From the NCBI RefSeq assembly GCF_009914755.1, contig NC_060930.1: a stretch of DNA of 64,000 nt; one strand, 5' to 3'. This document shows, one piece after another, positions 56,961 to 64,000 of the stretch; the stretch's first letter is position 1; each line of letters starts with the position of its first letter. Origin of the DNA: the human T2T-CHM13v2.0 reference genome, Homo sapiens. The position numbers and the translations under genes were made by a program. The notes below the pieces were generated by a model. That model ran no database searches, had not been told where the DNA came from, and saw only the letters and a list, made by a program, of their open reading frames with translations.

Positions 56961-59153
56961 GATCTCTCCAGACTGTGTAATTGCCTAGTTACAAATACAT
57001 TAAAATGAAGAGGCTTGGAATTGAGGAAGCATGTTTTAGTAATAACTAAAACCTTCTGACTCAAAGAGAAGTTGTAAACATTAGCGTCCGTTAGAAATTT
57101 AGCAGAATTTTGTTGTACTTTTAAACTTAGAAACTTTTAATGTTGGACACATGCATTGTTTTATTTTCCTTCACCAACATTTGCTGCTAAGCTGGTAGCA
57201 TCATGCTCAGCATGCATACATACATACTGCTGGACTTTTGCTCAAGGATCTATGCCTCATGGTGAGTTATGCCTAGTGAAATCCTTGCCTTTACCCAAGC
57301 ACGATTTTCTTCTGTGCATTCAGAGCTATGCAAAGATTGCTTCTAAGACCAGGTGTATTTTTTGTCAAGCTTGCTGTGTCATAACAATCCCCCACTAAAC
57401 AGCTTGGCTTTTAAAGTGGACACAGAATGGATCTAACTCGAATGGAATTTCAGTTGACTTAAGAAGCAAATGTAGGATTCAGCTTGAAACTGTCACGAAG
57501 TCACTCCCACAGAAATCAAGGAGCAGATCAAGCCCAAATGTGCTTTCTGCTAAGAAGTATTCTGAGTTGCAAATCGCTCCCTCCCTGGTGTGTGACCGCT
57601 CTGTGCACCTCTCTCTGGAGTCCTGAGTCACTGCCTGGGCAACTCTCAGAGAACTCTACGTAGACACAGAGAACAGATAATACACTTTTATAAGTCAGTG
57701 AATCAATGTCGATTGTTGCTCAGGGCATGTCAGGGCTGTAGGAACCATATAAAATTATACAGGGCGTGAACCAGGCACAGAACAATAGAAAGAGAGGTCA
57801 TGTGTTTTCATATTGATGATTAATAAGAAAAATGCAGGTTTTATTTATCCTGGGGACACGCCAGCCCACGGGCACTATGGGGGTGTGTGAGGTCCTTTGT
57901 AGTGAAAACCAACAAGGAACGAAAATGTGTAGGAACGACCTTCCTCCTTTTCCAAGTCAGGCAGCCTGCCGATAACACTGTTGGTGCGCTGTGCACCTCT
58001 GCTTTACTGCCTCCTTTCAGGCAGGTAACAAGCTTGGAAAAAGAATGACTTGCTGGACTGATACTGACTGTCATGGCCTCCAACACTCATGAGCAAAAAT
58101 TCTCACATTCAGAGAGTCAAAGGCAGAGGGAAGATTTGGCACAAACTCTTGTGTTGGCAACATCAATGATCCTGGGATAGCCCTCTGAGATACACACAGG
58201 AGGCCCGTCCTCAGAGCTAACGTCTGCACTGCCCTTTACAAAGTACTTTCATGCCCCTTCTCTCTAAAATTCCTCCCCGTGGTCCTGTAAGGACAGAGGT
58301 CAAGTGTCCTCACCCTCTACCAGATAAAGAAGCACACAAAAAATTATAAGATTTGGGACTGGTGCACGATCAGGCAGCTAGTGAAGGCCAGGACTTGTAG
58401 CCAGGTCTTCACACTCCAAAGGCATTGTCGTCATATCATTCTGGGTCTCTGTGCTCAAGTGTTCTTGCTCTAAAGCAGGTATCACAAAATCATACACCTC
58501 CAAGATCCAGGTAGGGAGGGCAGGTGAGGGAGGTTGGCTGGAGGCTGGCTGGGAGGGCCCAGGGCAGCAGGACAGAGCCTGTAACACTCTGAGGTGCCTA
58601 TGCACTCAGCTCCTGCAGGTCTATGCCCTGTGCAATGCAGGCCCACTGTTGCCAGGTCCTCTAGACTTCAGGAGAAAAACCAAAAACCCAACATTTTGAC
58701 AGCTTTCTATTTGCAAGTGTTTGTGTTGGAAACTAATTTGATTTGTTCTTTAAATCACACACCGTTGAACTGAATTTGGTTTATAGGTTGCAACCCCTGC
58801 CTTGCAGTATCTTTGGAATTTCTGTGGGCAAAGAGTTAGATGAAGGATAAAAGGAAGACAAAAACAGGGACAGGGAACCCCAGAGGAAATGTAAAAACAT
58901 GAGCACCTCCTTTGGAAAGGTAAGATCTGAAATAAAGTTGAAACAAAAGAAAGGATCAAGATGGGAGTAATTCTCCCTTGTCTGAAGGAGGAACCTAAGG
59001 GAAGTCTTGTACTGCATGGTCTTGGAAGAGAGCCTGCCCCTCAGCTCAGCTCATGGAAAGAAGATGCTAAAGATGAAGGAAGATAAATTGAGAAGAGATT
59101 TTTTGGTATGACTGTGTCAATAGCCTTAAGAGTTTTGTACATTCAACATACCT

Positions 59154-59461
59154 GGCTGGGCGCAGTGGCTCACACCTGTAATACCAGCACTTTGGGAGGC
59201 TGAGATGGGTGAATCACTTGAGGTCAGGAGTTCGAGAACAGCCTGGCCAACATGGCAAAACCCCGTCTCTACTAAAAATACAAAAACTAGTCGGGTGTGG
59301 TGGAGGCTGCCTGTAATTCCAGCTACTCAGACGGCTGAGGCAGGAGAATCCTTGAACCAGGGAAGTGGAAATTGCAGTGAGCCGAGATCATGCCACTGCA
59401 CTCTAGCCTGGGTGGCAGAGCAAGACTCCGTAAAAAAAAAAAAAAAAAAAAAAAAAGAAAA
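59154..59461 (+). mobile_element. Alu (AluSx/Sz-like)
   Basis: 'atcacttgaggtcaggagttcgag'; full dimer with A-tail; TSD not identified. Confidence 0.94.
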
Positions 59462-59524
59462 GCCAATAAAAACAAAACAAAAGAAAGAGAAGATGGAGAG
59501 GCAGTATGATAACCACGAAAATAT

Positions 59525-59765
59525 GAAAATATCAAGCATCCATTAAACACTTGCTTCACACTGAACACGGTTCTAAACCCTAGATATGGATCCAACCATA
59601 TAGCCCTCACAAGCCTATGAAGTACTTACCAGGATTATGCCCATATTAAAGAGGAGAAAACAGAATTGTCTTTAGGCCATGGAATTTGCCCAAGGTCAGC
59701 CACCTTGGTTGGGGCACCCATGAAAGTCTGACTCTAAACATGTGCTTTTACCTGCTTTACTATTC
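59525..59765 (-). mobile_element. MIR SINE
   Basis: 'ccctcacaagcctatgaagt..attatgcccatattaaagaggagaaaacaga..ttgcccaaggtca'. Confidence 0.65.
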
Positions 59766-61452
59766 TACATTCTGAGGGAATAGAAGGTTCCCAAGAATGA
59801 AGAGATCAGACGGACTCACACTGATTCACGCATGACCCCCTCCTCCAGGAATGTCGGAATTCCTACAGAAACTCTTGCCAAGGTAGGATCCCGTAATCTC
59901 ATCTGAGTAGACAAAGTCTTGACCAGATGAGCCAGATCCACAATGTTAAGGATTACGTCCGCGTCTATTACCCATCAATTCCACAGTGAGTGTTTGCAGA
60001 GGACTTGCTAAATCATCAAGCATAAATCGTGGCTCTTATCCTCAAGGAAATTGGGGAGATAAGATTTACACTAAAGAGAAAAGAGCAAATAATAGAATCA
60101 CCACTCCAAGGCCCATCAGGATAGAGGAGGAAGTGGTACATTGGCCAGGGGAAACTAGCCCTGATTTATACAAGAGTTTGGGGAGCAACTAACCTTTTAG
60201 GCTTCTCAAAGAAATAGCAAAATCTTGAAAATAAAACTCAAATGCGTACCTTTCTACTGGCCTCATTAGCTAGGTGAGCAGAGGTGTGCTGGGGAGTGGA
60301 GGGACGCAGGGGTATGGATCCCCCTCTCCTCTCTTCACTTCTTTCTTGATCTGTAGATGAGGCCTTTGGCTCTGGCCTCTGCCAGCTTTGGGACCTGCCA
60401 GTGCAGCTGATAATGCAACAGGTTTCAGAGGACGTGAAGCCACCATACTCTGCCCCCGTCCCCAATACTGTGGGACTCCTTTCAGATGGACTAGATTAAA
60501 CTAGAGGGCAAGAGGAAATTGAAGAAAATACTCGATTCCAAGAGAGCCGTTCTTCAAATTTCATAGTCATAAACCAGGAGGAGCACGTGCATAAATCTGG
60601 TCTGATGTTCCACAGCCAGGCAGTGAGCTTGAAAAGAAACAGCCCTGAGCATGCCGTCAGCAACAGATGTTCTACAGCAATTCTGTGGTTGTTAAATAAC
60701 AATTTACAATGACTTATCTAGTTTCATTGACATGACTGCCCTCCGAAATCCAATTGCACGCTAGCCCTGTTGTCTTAAAATGCATTGGTCAGGAGTGCGT
60801 TGAAAGTACAATGAAAGATCTTAAAGGAATAAGTTTAAAAAAATTCTACAAGTAAAGAAGAAAGCATGGAAGCTCCTGAGCCTTGGCCTGGTGAATTCTG
60901 AAGACTGTGTGACCGTGGATGTGTCGGCCCATCTCTCAGAGCTTCTGATTCCTCAATGCAAACTCAGTAAGAATGATACACACTTTGCTCTATGGCTGGA
61001 ATGGCTGGTTATGAGGCAGGTTTGTGAGAGTCCTTTGACGTTTTGTAGTACCATTAAAAGATGGAGATATTAGAAAGGCATCAGCTTGAACTAAGAGATT
61101 GCCCCTCACAGTCAAAATTTACAGGAGCAATTTTCCCTATTGGTGACTGGAATATTCTAAGATGCTGGTTTTTATTGACTAGAGGCCTGGAATAGGAGCC
61201 ACAGATTCCACAGTTCCTGCCCAGCAAATACCACTCTGCCTGCACGTGAGGAAACACACACACATCCCAGACACACCCACAGCCATGACCAGCATGAAGG
61301 AGCTGACCTTGGAGCATGTCATCCCCAGGAGATTCAAAGCTGGTTCGAGGTTGGAGCAATGTTGGGCACACAGAACCCTCTTCATCAATGCAAGAATGCC
61401 TAAAAGTACATGGTGATCGCTGTTTACTCATAACAGTAAGAAGAGACAGATG

Positions 61453-61780
61453 TTACCCTGAGACCTTTCTAGCTTCTTGATGAAGGCATTTCTAGGGCTG
61501 TAAACTGCTTTGGATGCATCCCAAAGATTTTGGAAAGTTGTGTCCCTATATTTATTAATTTCAATTAAAAAAATTTCTGCCATGATTTTGATGCTCACCC
61601 AAGAGATATTCAAAAGTAAGTTATCTAATTTCCATATATTTGTGTAATTTTCAGAGATCTTCTTGGTATTTAATGAGATCTGAACCCCAAACCTCATCTT
61701 CACACAATATCCCCATGTAATAAATCTGCTCATGTGTCCTCTGTATCTAAAATAAAAGTTGAATTTTTTTAATTTAAAAA
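61453..61780. mobile_element. 5'-inverted L1P insertion (minus ORF2 piece 61453-61670 joined to plus 3' end 61671-61780)
   Basis: Minus ORF NYTNIWKLDNLLLN..DTTFQNLWDASKAV; plus-strand 'cccatgtaataaatctgctcatgtgtcc..ctaaaataaaagttg'; TSD AAGAA(G/T)AGACA(G/C)ATG (61438-61452 and 61781-61795). Confidence 0.85.
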
Positions 61781-62552
61781 AAGAATAGACACATGAGTTT
61801 CTGGGAAATGAAGTGATTATTATATAGTCAACTTTAGAGAAAAATCGACACTAGCCACTGGGTCTGAGCGAGTCGAATGAGTGGATGTGCACGTGTGTGT
61901 GTGGTATGTGTGTGGGGTGACTTATCAGGTTGTCAGCATGTCAATGAGCAGACGTCCTTCTTCCGTCAGGGTTCAGTAAGTGGTAAAAGCTGACAGTCAT
62001 GGGTAAAAAATAATAGAAGGTGAAACCAATGCAAGCAAACAAAGGTTGACTCACTGATGAAAATTATCTCCAAAGATAACATTCTTAGAAAAATAAATAA
62101 CTCCAGTTGATAATGAAGTCATCAGGAACATTAGAGTAGCCTTTTTTTCGGATAGGATATAATTTTCTGAATTCTTGTTCTTTTTTCTTAAATTACAGTG
62201 ACCACTGATACACACACAATTCTGAAATGTGCTCTACCATGCACAGAAGAGGCCCAGCTGATCACCCCACCCACCCGCTCTTTCTAAATTCAAGGTTATC
62301 CTTATGGGTGATTCTTTTCCTTTTCCATTAAAAAAGGCAACTCAATTTCCCAGCCGAGTCTTAAGCGGAGGTTTTTGGTGTTCTGTGTTACCGCATCCAT
62401 CTGTTTTGTAGCTATGATGGCTGTCCTAGATGTAAGAAATAGAAACACACTCAGTTACCATGATGAAAGGGGGATATATTTTGAGGTCACACATACCCTG
62501 GGACTGGGGTTAGAACAGACATCAGGCGCGGAGGTAGGCGGAGGTGCCCCCG

Positions 62553-63060
62553 TCTGTCTGTCTGTGTCTCTCTGCATGTGTATATGTCTCTGTGTGTGTG
62601 TCTGTCTCTCTCTCTCTCTCTGTGTATATGTGAGTCTCTCTCTCTCTGTCTCTCTCTGCATGCGTATGTCTGTGTGTGTGTCTCTATCTCTGTCTGTGTG
62701 TCTCTCTCTCTGTATCTCTCTCTGAGTGTGTATATGTATCTGTCTCTATCTGTATGTCTCTCTCTCTGTGCGTGTGTATCTTTGTGTGGTGTATTTGTGT
62801 CTGCGTCTGTGTGTGTGCCTGTGTTTCTGTATGTGTGTCTGTGTGTATGTGTCTGTGTGTCTCTGTGTGTCTATGTGTGTGCATGTATGTATGTGTGGTG
62901 TAGGTGTGTGTGTCTGTGTGTGTGTTGTATGTGTGTCTCTGTGTGTCTCCGTGTGTGTGTGCATGTGTATGTGTCTGTATGTGTGTGGTGTATGTGTGTC
63001 TCCGTGTGTGCATGTGTGTGTGTCTCTGTGTGCGTGTCTGTGCGTGTCTGTGTGTGTCTC
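62553..63060. repeat. Compound (TG)n/(TC)n low-complexity tract
   Basis: ~500 bp of mixed TG/TC dinucleotides; source of several spurious VC/HT-rich ORFs. Confidence 0.95.
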
Positions 63061-63769
63061 CCCACTCTCATTATGTGCTCAGCAAATGCCTCCCTGTCAA
63101 ACAAGACTCTATCTTCTGCCTGCCTGACCTGGACACAGCATCTCTCCAAAAATAAATGAAGGTGGTTTCACTGAATTTCCCAACATCCAGTGGATTAACT
63201 AAAGTTAATTTATAAAGATTTGTTTATTATTCTGCAGGGGATTCTTGAAATGCTTTATCCTGCTAGGGTTGTGAAGATGAAACATTTTTCTTTTTATTTG
63301 GCTGATGTTCTAAAACAGTAATAGTGACCCACGCAAAAAGGATCAAACCCTCTGAAAGATCAAAATAATCTGATGCTGCCCAGATAATTGACCAACTGTC
63401 TGTCACTGGAGTAAGCTTCACACTGACTTTGGTGTACTATCAGTGGCCCCATCTCTAATAATTAAGCTAGAGATAAATGTTACAAGTTACATCATCCCTG
63501 TGCTGAGAGGGCAGTGGTTTGCCTGCATTTCCCATTTCTCAAAGGGAAGGCCCCACGGCCGCCATTGCTCAGCCCTGGACTGGAGCCCCTCAATTGTCTG
63601 GAGTGGCAGTGGCGGCCAGTGAGTGGAGGCCTCAGCCACTTCTATCCGTCCTGTGACCACTCCATAGAACAGAGCTGAGCTTCTAAACATCCACTTCAAT
63701 GTGGATGGGCTTTAAAATCTCCCCAAATTTTAAATGAACTCATCTTAGACCTCTCTAAGTGAGGCTTCC

Positions 63770-64000
63770 CATTCTCGAGCTTTCTACAGGGGAAAGCCCG
63801 AGGCAGGCTCGTTATTTATTCTCTGTTTACGTTTCCCCGAAGCGAGGTAGCCGTGCCTTCCAGGGCTCTGCTTATACATCTCGTGTGTGATAAGCTGGGC
63901 GCTGGCAAGTGTTTGCAGGACTTGTCTTCCCGGTGTTTTACGGCTGTCTGCTGTGGTTTCCAGAGAGCACAGCTTATCTGTGAACTACTTTGGCTCAGGC
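63770..64000. promoter_or_regulatory. Candidate enhancer (GATA, RUNX, FOX and Rel-like motifs; CpG-retaining)
   Basis: GGAAAGCCCG 63791; TGTTTAC 63824; TGATAAG 63888; TGTTTGC 63910; TGTGGTTT 63952; CTTATCT 63973; 11 CpGs in ~230 bp. Confidence 0.45.

Noticed and set aside
62375-63159. Cluster of Cys/Val- and His/Thr-rich ORFs
   Set aside because: These are translations of a (TG)/(TC) low-complexity tract.

Overview
Human genomic DNA: a near-consensus AluYb8, a human-specific subfamily, is present. The window looks intergenic or intronic, and I cannot name the locus. I find no credible protein-coding gene, RNA gene, CpG island or CRISPR-like array. The ORFs in the track come from Alu, L1 or ERV remnants, from low-complexity repeats, or are probably chance. 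Much of the window is transposon-derived: about 12 Alus/FLAMs, old L1 and L2, MIRs, MaLR LTRs, MER21, MER20, MER5 and Tigger2a. The most notable structures are: (1) an ancient two-LTR ERVL provirus (LTR16A/ERV3-16A3-like, ~12.8-17.3 kb, minus strand) with a recognisable primer-binding site and pro/RT/RNase H relics, carrying a nested, same-orientation solo LTR12F with five CCAAT boxes; (2) a 1.45-kb hexamer-based VNTR with 126/54-bp higher-order units that keeps ~1-kb ORFs open on both strands; (3) a near-perfect 187-bp microhomology-flanked tandem duplication; (4) a 20-bp orphan Alu end that probably marks a deletion; (5) two 5'-inverted (twin-primed) L1 insertions; (6) enhancer-like motif clusters and a few candidate exons in unique sequence. 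Repeat subfamily calls come from remembered consensus sequences, and boundaries without a target-site duplication (TSD) are approximate. I see no convincing evidence of a novel multi-gene system.
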